A DNA stretch of 64,000 nt from positions 12,882,795 through 12,946,794 of the forward strand of contig NC_092670.1 of assembly GCF_964355755.1 (NCBI RefSeq). Reading direction: 5' to 3'. A model generated the notes under the pieces. The model was not told where the DNA came from. It ran no database searches and was given only the letters and a program-made list of their open reading frames with translations. Position 1 is the stretch's first letter, and every line of letters starts with the position of its first letter. Position numbers and translations under genes: made by a program. Shown here in pieces: positions 40,600 through 51,529 of this stretch. Source of the stretch: Antedon mediterranea. Lineage: Eukaryota; Animalia; Echinodermata.

Positions 40600-41633
40600 G
40601 TTTAAAATATAAATTTCTTAGTATAGTTGTGTTGACATATTTGAAAAATGTACAGATATAGGCTTTTACAACAATGTTTTTGATAATGATAGTTTAACTC
40701 TTGTTCCTTTCTCAGTTAGCAATGTCGAGCGATGTTTGTCAGAATCATATAAATCAGAGTGGTCAAATAATATAATGCAAAAAACCTCATTAAATTTATA
40801 CTCAAAATTGAAACCTTTCCCTAATTTAGAAAAATATTTACTTGATAAAACACATTTTTATGAGACAAGTCTGAAATTTAAATTAAGATCTAACACTCTA
40901 CCTTTAGATTGTAAAACTTATAAATGGTCCAATGATGTGTCCGGTCTTTGTACTTTATGTGGGAATGGCGAAATCGAAGACATTAAACATTTTTTATTAA
41001 ACTGTAAAGCATTTGATAATATTAGAATGAAAGAATTATCCAATCTACAAATTAATCTTGTACTCTGTAATGATTATGACACATGGAATCGTTACACAAC
41101 AGCAACTGCTGATGATAAATTACAGTATATTTTAGGTGGAGATTCTATCGCGATTTGTAAAGAATCTGAGACCTTTTTTGATTTGTTTTGTAAACAATAC
41201 ACAAGAGCTGCATGGGAGAAACGGTCAGAACTTAAATCTCCCAATATATAGATTGTTTTTCTTTTGTATTGTTGCTTTTATATATTTGTATTTAGATTTG
41301 TAAATAGTATACACCTGTGATAACAACTATAGGTCTTCAGTACCTGATGTTGAAACACAATGGTTTGTAATGTGAACTCTTTACTATATTTTATGTTTAT
41401 TTTTATATACCTCTTTATCAACTCAAACCTATGATACCGTAGGACAATTTAATACAGTACCTATATTACCATGTTGGTAATGATTTTTCTTTTATATTTT
41501 TGCAAACAGTTTAAGAACCTGTATCCGTCATATAATGTATTGTTTTGATGTATTATGTTAAATTGGATGCACCACTTCTGTGTGTGCCACCGATGCAAAG
41601 GTGTCATTTCCTAATAAATTAATTAATTAATTA
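40600..41633 (+). mobile_element. 5'-truncated non-LTR retrotransposon (LINE) relic: ORF2 C-terminus plus 3' UTR
   Basis: ORF 40736-41251 has LEKYL...KFKLRSNTLPL...CTLCGNGEIEDIKHFLLNC (CCHC zinc knuckle downstream of RT, typical of LINE ORF2). It ends in AATAAA + (TTAA)n at ~41613-41633. The 5' boundary is approximate. Confidence 0.75.
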
Positions 41634-41966
41634 AAGCAGAACACCGATATGATATTTTTTTAAAATTTTTGTTTAGATCTTTGACATGTTGATTTGTAGA
41701 AAAATTGTTCTTATGTTAAAGAAAAAGCATGGTTAACAATTAAATATGGCTTGGTCCTCTACGTGGGGAAATGGTGAAATCCACTAAGTGACTGAAGAAA
41801 ATCGTGTCTAAGCATTCTCCATCGTCATGATCCAACCGAAACCGTTGGTTTTCCATTTATAATTGTTTCAATTTCAATCATAATAATGCAGTATTGCCTA
41901 CAATATAATAAAGATATGTTCTTTCTTTTATAGAAGATAAGATCTAGAGAAGAGCGTATGTAAAGT

Positions 41967-44529
41967 ATGACGTCATATCTGCCACAAATAATACAATCGA
42001 AAGGTACGTAAATAATACGTCACTTGATGACGACACACCATAATACTGTATTCCATAATAATTCTACAAAAAATAATTAATAAAGCCGTCCCTGTTCACC
42101 TATTTTTCAGTAAACGATAACAATAATACCATGGCCTACTTATGACCTGTAGGTTTATTTCTTTTTATTTGACATATTAAAAGCATACTGGCAAATAGTG
42201 TCGATTTTTACTTCCCAGCCACACCCACGTCACACCCAAATCCCGGGTCGGCTGCTGTTGTTAATTGTTATCAATAATTCCGTATTTTTAGTTTACAAAT
42301 GCCCAAATCCTCACTGCAGAGCGAACCACGATAAAGACTACAAATACTGCCCAGAATGTGGTACACAAAGAATAGGTGAGTATGTTATCCTTTAGACACC
42401 ACCAAAGTTGTAACATCATCTAAGATTCGACTGGAATTGGTCTAATTTATTAGACATCAGTCTTCTGTAATACAATTAATATCTAACACGTTGTCACAAG
42501 TTTAATTTTGCGAGCCAGTTTTGCTTTTTTCAATTTCATAGTATACCACACGATGATACTTATTTTATTAAAGGTACGTACGTACTACCGTGATAATATT
42601 CACATTACATTTATTTCAGACGAAAACCCGGAATTACCTCATCTTCCTGCTGGTCCGCCTTTAAATATCGTTGTGATTGGAAAAACTGGGCAAGGAAAAA
42701 GCTCAACGGGGAATTCAATCCTATTCCAAGACGCTTTCAAGGATTCATGTTCATCATCGTCAGTTACAAAAGCTTGCCAATGGCAGAGTGTAACAATCGA
42801 TAACCGTGAGTTGCTAGTAGTTGACACCCCTGGTTATTTAGACACAAGTTTCGACAATCCGTTAAATGTAAAAGAAAGCCTGAAGTTTACTAGCGACGAG
42901 GTTGCACGAGGGTTGACAGTTCTAAATGACAACATCCATGCGGTTCTACTGGTCATGAAGTTCGGCGAGCGATGTATTGCGTACGACAGAGCTGTCATAT
43001 TGGCGGCGGAAGAACTGTTCGGAGGAGCTCTTATGGACTATGGGATAGTCTGCTTTTCACATAAAGATGAGATGGAAAGACAGGAACAAAGAAATAAAAT
43101 AAACAAAGAGGAACATTTGAAACAGCTGAAAACGCAGACAATATTTCGAGACATCTTGGGAAAATGTGGAAATCGAGTGGTGTATTTCAATAATCTAGCA
43201 GCCAATGAGGTTGAACAAAAAGCTCAACTGGTTACCTTGATCAAGTTGATTGACAGAACACTAACCAAGAAGGACTTTGTTCCATTTTCAACTGGAAAGC
43301 TTGAAGAGGCAAGAGAAAGAGTGAAACAACGAAAAGAAAAAGAAATGCAAGAAGCAGAAGAAAGAAAACTCAAAGTTGAAGAAAAAAGAAAGGAAGTTGA
43401 CGAAATTATGGAAAAGCAAAAGATAGCCGACGAAGAAAAGACAACAGAAGCAAAGTCAAAACGTAAGATGAGTTTATTAAGAGCTGTGAAAGAAAGAAAT
43501 GATAGAATTAAAGAAGAAGGAAAAACCAGAAAGTTCACACTTAGAAGAAAGTCGAAGTCTAAACCTAAACTCCATGAACTTCCAGAGGACGATAAACAGT
43601 TAGTTGAAGATAACAAGGTCGATGTGGTAGAGAATGGTGAAGCCATCATTGAAGAAAACGGCGGCGTGAGATCATCAGAGCTGACTGAAGGCGAAGAATC
43701 ACATGAAAACAATGAAACAGAATTGAAGGAAGTAGAAGAAAACTCGGATAATAATTCAGAAAAAGCTGTATTGATGGAAATGTCGAGTCTCATACAAGAA
43801 AGAATGATCAGTGTTGAGGAGAAATTTACCAAGTGGTCAGATAAAGAAAAGACTGAGGGAAAAGAGACTGATGGCAAAGAGAAACCAAAAGACCAGATGT
43901 TCACGATAGATGGAGACCTTGAGGATATGGGATGTTTTGCATTTGACAGTAAGGTTATCCTTCGAAGAGGAGAGTGCATTAAAGTGCAGGATTTATGCGT
44001 TGGCGACAGAGTACTCTCTGTTAAATCTGATGGAACAATAGCTTTTGAAGAGGTTTTTATCATAACTCATGTTGTCACCAAAGAAGTGGAAGCCATCAAG
44101 GTCAGCACGGATAAGGGAAGATCAATTACTTTGACGTCAAATCACATGATGCTCATAAACGGAGGCCTTGGCTTTGAATCGATGATTCCCGCTAGAAACA
44201 TCAAACCTGGCCATTTTGTGCTTGTTCTCAACTCGATTCAAGAACTGCAAATTGAGTTGGTTACTGGTGTGGAACCGGTTCTAGTTGCTGGATGTGTTTG
44301 TCCAACTACAACAGGCGGTAGGATTATCGTAGATTCTGTTGTCGTTTCATGTTACCCAGATAATTTCCCGCCATTTCTTCAACACTATGGTCTTTACGCA
44401 CCAATGAGGATGTTCTATTGGCTAATGCCGAATTATAATGCGGGAAAACAAAATGGAATGCCAAAATGGATTTGGTGGCTGAAGAAACTTGTTCATCCAA
44501 CATGGAAAAGGATTCAAGATGCTCTTTAA
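41967..44529 (+). CDS. Zinc-ribbon + AIG1/GIMAP GTPase + coiled coil + Hedgehog-type Hint/Hog domain fusion protein (~676 aa)
   Basis: Exons 41967-42003, 42292-42375 and 42620-44529 (phase-1 introns; in-frame TAA just upstream of the ATG). Zn ribbon KCPNPHC..YCPECG; G1 GKTGQGKSSTGNSIL, G2 SVT, G3 VVDTPG, IHAVLLVM box, G4 FSHKD, FNN; E/K-rich coiled coil; Hint G|CFAFDSKV...VGDRVLS...LTSNH...PTTTGGRIIVDSVVVSCY followed by an SRR-like tail. Confidence 0.9.
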
Positions 44530-45471
44530 ACAAAAACAATTAAGTTCAATTATAAAGTTAACAATTTAACTATTTTATTTCATAATTTTAACAACTTTAT
44601 TGACAAAAGCATTTTAAATTCTAATCTACGGTGATTGAAACTATTTATAAAGATAAATTTCATTTTCGTCATGATTAACCCACCCGCCCTATTAATATTA
44701 AGATTAATAATCTATACAAATATTATTATTTCTCATACAGTGCATTACACATTTAGAAATCCATATTAAATAATACATTACCAAATTTTTTCCAAATAAT
44801 CATTTTATTTGTCATTTGTTTATTTAAAGATGTCTCATTTGAATATAAATGAGAAATCAAACATTATATTTGTATTTATATTAAAATAAAGCTTTATTTA
44901 AGTATACAGCGAAAGAAGCTAAACTTTAGCAATACTTTTTAATAAACATTTACATTTTATGTTTTTAATCATTGTGAGTTGACCATGTACATTAAAAGTA
45001 AAATACATATGAAAACTACTAGATATGTTTATTGTATTTAAAATAAAATAAAAATTCATCATTACTATTATCAATATCCACAGGAAATGAAAGTCCAAGC
45101 AACTAATAACTTTGGGATCATGTCATAATTAATCTACTGCAGTTACTGCAGTACAGTAACTAAATGTTGTTTACTCTCTAATCTCTCTCTTATTTACTGT
45201 CACTGTTTATTTCATGGACTTCTACATTAAAACTAAAATCATGCATTACTGTAATGAAAAAAATAGTTACTGCAGTAACTGCAGTTAGAATAATTTTAAC
45301 ATGATCAAAAATAAAATATCTAAATTCATATATAAGCTATAAAACTAGGTATGCACTCTATACTTTAAAGCAAAGCAATATACAAATAAATATCTGAAAG
45401 AATTGTTTTTTTATAATAAATATATATATCAATACTTGCTCAGTGTATTAAGACTCAGCAGTCCTGTTTAT

Positions 45472-48400
45472 TTAATTTCCTGATGGTGGCCTACCACTCT
45501 TGGTAAATCTTGTGGAATTACCTTCTGCAGAAACAAACATGGTAAAATCAATAACATAATATAATTAAGCTCTGTCTACAAACTAGTTTTAACAAAAAGG
45601 TATGATGTGCACAAATATAGTAGTAACATGACATCTTCATTGTCCATATATGGGCACATCACATTTTTGTGATACATTAACCACAATGCAAGTTTCAATT
45701 GATATATAAATTATTCTCAACAATGATATGTTAGTTAAAAAGTCATATTCTAGTCAGAAAGGTCATTTGACAGCAAATATTGCAATAATTTTGTACTTTG
45801 ATCAAAACTTACTTCTATCGGTATTCCAGTCAAAGCTAGATCCATCATCTGAGGGCGCTCTATGCCATGATCTTCCTCTGTTTGCCAAGTCGCTTGATTT
45901 GGTGGCCGCCTGTGTTAAAATATACAATTAATAGAGTTGGACTAGAAAACATTATTGGTTTTTAAAGCAAATTAATTAATTCATTGTGAAATTGAATGCA
46001 GAAGAAAAGCTCAAATTTCCTTGAAGAGTAACTTTATTTTGCATATACAGTATTGGTCCTAAAACATAAATATTATCACCAGAAATAAAAGCATAATCTT
46101 ATAAACTTTTGTCGACTGATGATTGGGCGTCGCTACATCCTACACTTACTTCGGTTTCAGATTGCTGTGTCAGTGAACACCATCCTAGACTGGTGTGTGG
46201 CGTCTCAATTACATCAGATATTGGGCTCTCTTTGCCACTGGTTCTGAAAAAAAACCAATTATGATTTATGTTATCCCACAAATTAGCATGACTACATACA
46301 TTGTACAAAATTGTTTAAATAATAGCACTAATAAATTAGATTTCCAGAAATAAAACTTACATATGCTGGTGTCTTTGAGATCTTGAAGTTAGACTGGAAT
46401 CTGTCAAAACGGAAATTATATTACTGCATATAACTCGACAATACAAAAGAATCATAATACTATTGTCTATATTGAATTTATATTATTCTAAAGCTTATTA
46501 ATAATTTAATAGAACAAAAATGTATAAATGCTTACCATCAGATTCCCAAACTGGATAACGCTTGAAAGAAAAAGATCACTGAATTATTATTTTAACTACC
46601 GGTATGGTATTAATATTATTTCTTTGCCAATTTATGGTATTTAAAAATAATATGTCAAATAAAGGTAAATATAAACATACTGGTCCTTCAACTTGGGAAA
46701 CACTTTCAAATTCATCGTCACTAAGTAGCTGACTGACTCGCTGAAAGCCACCTGCCTGGCTGTCGGCATAATCACTGGCAGCCCCAAAGCTACGGTAAGG
46801 ATTGGCTGGGCCTCCATACTCACTGCTGTTCTCAGCTCCAGCTAGCCTATAAGGAACAATGCTACTTGTAAAAAGCTGATATGACTGAATACAACCATGC
46901 TCAATTAAAATCCTACCTCCTAATTGACAACAAATTTGGACCACACAAAAATAAAGTAAATCAAGTAAATTGTTAATCCAAACCGAGCGTAAAACTACTA
47001 AATTTCTCAAAATTTCATACCCAAGCACCATGTGTGATAATACTATCATATACAGTATTAATGGTACTATAGGCTGTTGTTGCCTTCTACTTCAAGTGGT
47101 GGTGGGTTCAAATCTTTTCTATGCTCAGTACAAAATGCGAAAAAAGAAAGGAATTGCACTTACTGAATAATGTACAAATGAACTAGGTCAGGCGGTGAAA
47201 TATAGGTCAGTATTCAATTACCTAATTTCTCATTTTGTTTATGCAAATTATTGATTGTTATGCAAATTAGGTGACCTTACCTTGCACACCTACTGCAGAT
47301 GCTAATCTTAACAGTAGCTTCAGGCGATTCAAACTGATCCCGCTGAATAAACAAAACAAAATGTCAATAATTATGCTGTACAGAAATGTTATGGTACATG
47401 GTATTATTAGTAGAAAGTATATAATACATAAAAACACACTCCATACGAATGCCATTGTTACTGAGACCACAGTGTGGTGTTTTATCAAAAAGGATGTAGA
47501 GCTTCTATTTTAAGGGGATACCCAACCAAGTGTCCTCTTAATAGGGGTTTCTCCTGTTCATTCACAGGAAAATTTCCCCTTAAACTCTTTTGAATAGCAG
47601 TTCCCCAAAAGAGGGTTTCACACTGCAAATAGTGTAATAATTGTTATTAAAATCCGGATTCTAAAAATAGATCTGTACTTACCTTGCTAAGCTTATGTCC
47701 AGTTGCTTTAGCATTTACAACACCTTCACTTCTCAAAGCATCAATGTCCTCTGTAAATTTAAAAAGGTATTCTCTTATGTAACCATAGTCATGCCATTTT
47801 AATTTCTAATTTTTCTCTTATATGTATGTAATTAATGTACTGAAGTATTTGGTAAATTGTACGGTATTTAAATATTTAGTCGAAACAATTGTTTTCAATA
47901 AACCTAACATTATCAGTAAGTGTGCACCAAGACTTTGTTGGTGGAAAGGCCCTACCAGCAAACTTTAGTAGGCCTACTGTAGCTACCTCTTTTTGTACTC
48001 CATAAACATGGGAAATATACCTGCTTTATTGTGTTTATTAAATGTCTTTGTATTGATTTACCTAGCATATCAATGGCCGAATCATAATCTCCATCATCAC
48101 CAGTAATAGCATCTTCTCCACCATCCAGATATCCACTGCTGGTGACTTGTTGCTTTGCCAATGCCGCTAATTCTTCTTTATGACCATAACCTCTCTTAGT
48201 TGAGGTCACTTTGGTCTTACTCACCCTTTAACGAAATAAAATGTTTCATTCAAAATCTCATTTAGTATAGATGCTCTCAATAAATTAACCATTAACATCA
48301 TTAAATATCATTGAAGTCTGCTCTTTTGTGAGATTAATTGACCTCTTCATTTATATGATTAAGTAAATAAATAAGACATTGTTTAACACAAATTCCAACC

Positions 48401-51206
48401 AGCAATGAATTACGTGACAATATTGTTCAATTTTATATGTACAAAAAACAATATTACATAAACAAAATACAACAACCGCAAAGCAAATGCACGCAGTGGA
48501 GGCCTAGGCCTACTATTGAATTTATAAATCCACACACTCACATTCTTTTGTCTTCCACAGTTTTACGTCCATATTTCTTTTCCAGTTTGTCTGCAGTGAG
48601 CTCGCCACTGAGTGGATCATCATCATAATCGTAAATTTTTCTGCGGGCTTGTGTCGAGCTGGTGTATTTCAGGTCATCGTCATCATCAATTGCCCACTGA
48701 GCATGCCCAGAAGCACCTTTTGAGAATGCAACAGATTTATTTTTAACTTTCTGTGATTCTTGAAAAAGGTCATCAAAATCCCCAGTACTTTTTGTCACTT
48801 TGTTGTCCCATTCTGGCTTCTCACTTTTCTTATCTGAAAGTATAAAAACATTTATGTGTTATTCTAAAATGTAACAAAAAGAAATATAGACAAAAATAGG
48901 AAGATTCTGTGAAATATCTTGTCTTTTGTAGAATGAAAAATTATAGGGTGGTTAACCTATTTTTATTTTACTCACACCCATCAAGATTTTCGTCTTTCAT
49001 TGTTTTGTGCTTTGGTTTTCTCATGTTACTGGACCACGGTTTTTCGTAGCCTCTATCAGTTTTCAATGCAGAGTCTAAACAGAAAGTATAGAGAAATTGA
49101 AATTTTTAAATCTTAAGATTCAAATGTTCATTAAATTATCAAACAAATACAAATGATTCAGGGAGATTATGAATTAATGAATTTAAGTTAAGTTTTTAAT
49201 TATGAAAACCCACCTGTAATTGAAAAAAACCCCCCAAAAAACAACTATATAAACAAACGTCTGCAACCATCAGACATGATACCAGAAGAAGATATAAACA
49301 AAAAATACAAAATTGACATTAAAATGAACTTTAAAATGTAATTAATTGTTTATTTATGATCAATATTACTATTGTAGGAGTAAGATGATTATAATGAATT
49401 CTGAAGAAATACAGATTTTTCACGCAGGTATGGAAATCCGTCTGTTGTCAGAAGACGTTAGAATAAGCGAGTGTGTTACATACCAGTGGATGCCCACATT
49501 GATTTTGCATCAGCACTTCGACTCAACGGATCGGCGTTCCCGCCAAGAGATTTCCTTCCAGCTGGTAGAGTTGATGATGGCCGCATTTTGTTTAGAGGAT
49601 TTTCCTACAAATGGATTATGAAAATAATATGATTAAAGCAGGGAAGAGTGAGAGTGTAAAATCTCAGTCATCCCAGATTCAAGTAACCTTTTAAAAGATG
49701 TCAAATACTTAAAGCCCCATTCCCTACGTTTTTTAGATTTAATTTAAGATCACAAACTATATTTAATGTAAAAATAATACTATATGGTCCTATTGCGATA
49801 ACTTTTTTCGTCTTTAAATGGTTAAAAATGTGAAAAATAAGTCGATTCTAATAATTATAGTGGCCCGCTATAAATCCCAAAATGCATTGCGCGCGGATTG
49901 ATATTTTTGTTTTTCACCTGTAATTCGCCCACTTTTCGATCGATCGTGAGGCCAAAACAAATGGAAGACTCCTAACTTTTCAGCGAAAATACCGGGTTTT
50001 CCCCAATTTGTATCAACGGAGTCTGGCAAAAATAGAAAGACAATTAATGCAGCAACTATACAACGTCAGGCTAGGTATATAGCTAGCGTACGATGTTCGT
50101 ACGTTACCGATGTTTACCAGCTAGGCCTACAAAACTAAGCCTAGCTAGGCTAGGCCTAAGACCGTCCACGAGAGGTCGATCGCCGCGAGCTACTTAGGTA
50201 GTGCATTGTTTTTCACTTTTTATCATAATTTACCATAAAACGTACATTTAAGACAAGGAATTAATGTTTTTAAAGTGATATATATGTATTATTTTCCAAA
50301 AAACGTCCAAAATTGCAGGGAAGGGGTCTTTAAAACAGTGGCTTGAAATTCACACTAGTAATTTTACTAGTTGGGTTGCTCATTCTTTTTATTTTCTCAA
50401 TGGTTTTCTAGAGGAAAAAAAAGTAAATTTCTAGCCCTGCTTTTCGATTTTTTTTAGAAATTACCTCATGCAAATAAAGTTTTTCTATTTCATGTTTTTT
50501 AATAGTGTACTGTAGTGTAAATCATTTAAATTTTATTTAATATTTAATAAATACAGTACATACCTGTTTTCTTTGATCTATTCTGTTAAGAACTTTCACA
50601 AGATATGGAATTGGTTCTGCTGGCAAGTCCTTTATAAGTCTTGACATCAAGTCCTACAAAAATAAAATATTAATAGCCGGTATATAGAGTTAATCTACGC
50701 CAAGAGTTTTATAATAAAAGATTAATAATCATCAATTATTGCCATTATTAGTTTTTTAAATTAAAATATGCATAAAACATAAATCGTAATATTAAAAAAT
50801 TAATCAATAATAAATCAATTATTATCACAATAAAAATACGTTTGCATGTAGCAAAATAAATATAACATTTTATGTATTACAATACATAACAGTTTTTGTC
50901 ATAACACCCTACACCGGGCTCTGTTGGGCGTAGGTTAATATGACTAATCCGGTCCCCAGGTATGTCATATCATGTAGCCGCCTAGCCTCTAGCTACTACA
51001 AGTACAACTTCTAAGCCTAGCCTAGGGAGGCCTACCTAGGCCTAGTTAGGCTAGGGTCAGGCCTAGCCTAGTAGGCCTAGCCTAGACTCTAGTAGGCCTA
51101 CAAAGCAATATTGTTTAGGTCAGCTGATATTAGGCCATACCTCAAAAAGTCCACCAATCCTATGTTTTTCTAAGAATGATTGTACTTTATGTTGAGATGC
51201 AGCCAT
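45472..51206 (-). CDS. C8orf34: C8orf34-like protein (N-terminal RIIa/Dpy-30-like dimerisation domain), multi-exon
   Basis: Exon 1 51206-51141 MAASQHKVQSFLEKHRIGGLFE; exon 2 50653-50564 DLMSRLIKDLPAEPIPYLVKVL. Later exons encode DRGYEKPW, EELAALAKQQ, AIDMLEDIDALRSEGV and KISICSRCAR, which resemble C8orf34. The last exon ends GRPPSGN* at 45472. Some internal micro-exons are uncertain. Confidence 0.75.
49713..50329. mobile_element. Kolobok-like MITE
   Basis: Imperfect TIR AGCCCCATTCCCTAC / GCAGGGAAGGGGTCT flanked by TTAA. Confidence 0.55.
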
Positions 51207-51529
51207 TATGTTATAATTATATAAACCATAAAAATTTGGTTAAAAATATAAAATTGACGAGCTCGAGAAGAAAGAGCGTCAGAAAACTAAGCGACGTGAT
51301 AGACTTAAATTCCAGACTGCCCGAAATTATAATAATATAAATGAAAATACATTATTTCATTGGTCCTCATTAATATCTACAGTATTTCAAGAAAATTTTG
51401 CTATAATATATCTCTCATGAATATTGGAAGATTTTTGAATACTAATTTCTAGATTTCAATCGCTCATTCTGTCATTTCAATGTGTGTACTTTCTGGCAAT
51501 GTTTTGAACAAGTGACATCACCAATCAAG
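51207..51529. promoter_or_regulatory. Probable bidirectional promoter between C8orf34-like and TM9SF1
   Basis: Divergent start codons only 323 bp apart. The TM9SF1 start lies in CAAGATGGCAGC, a YY1-like AAGATGGC motif. Confidence 0.6.

Noticed and set aside
40736-41251. 171-aa ORF as a host gene or upstream exon of the GIMAP-Hint gene
   Set aside because: It matches the CCHC-bearing end of a LINE ORF2 with its own stop and tail, and the GIMAP ATG has an in-frame stop immediately upstream.
42508-42619. Hydrophobic N-terminus of the 673-aa ORF as a signal peptide
   Set aside because: It starts at TTG inside an intron. A good acceptor (TTTCAG) at 42619 and in-phase upstream exons give a different, non-hydrophobic N-terminus.
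43224-44063. 279-aa Ser/Phe/Leu-rich ORF on the minus strand
   Set aside because: Antisense shadow of the Glu/Lys-rich coiled-coil region of the GIMAP-Hint gene; no independent motif.
43933-44355. Hint domain as a true intein, or the gene as a hedgehog gene
   Set aside because: It ends in SCY plus an SRR-like tail rather than (H)N-C/S/T, has no endonuclease, and has no Hedge signalling domain.
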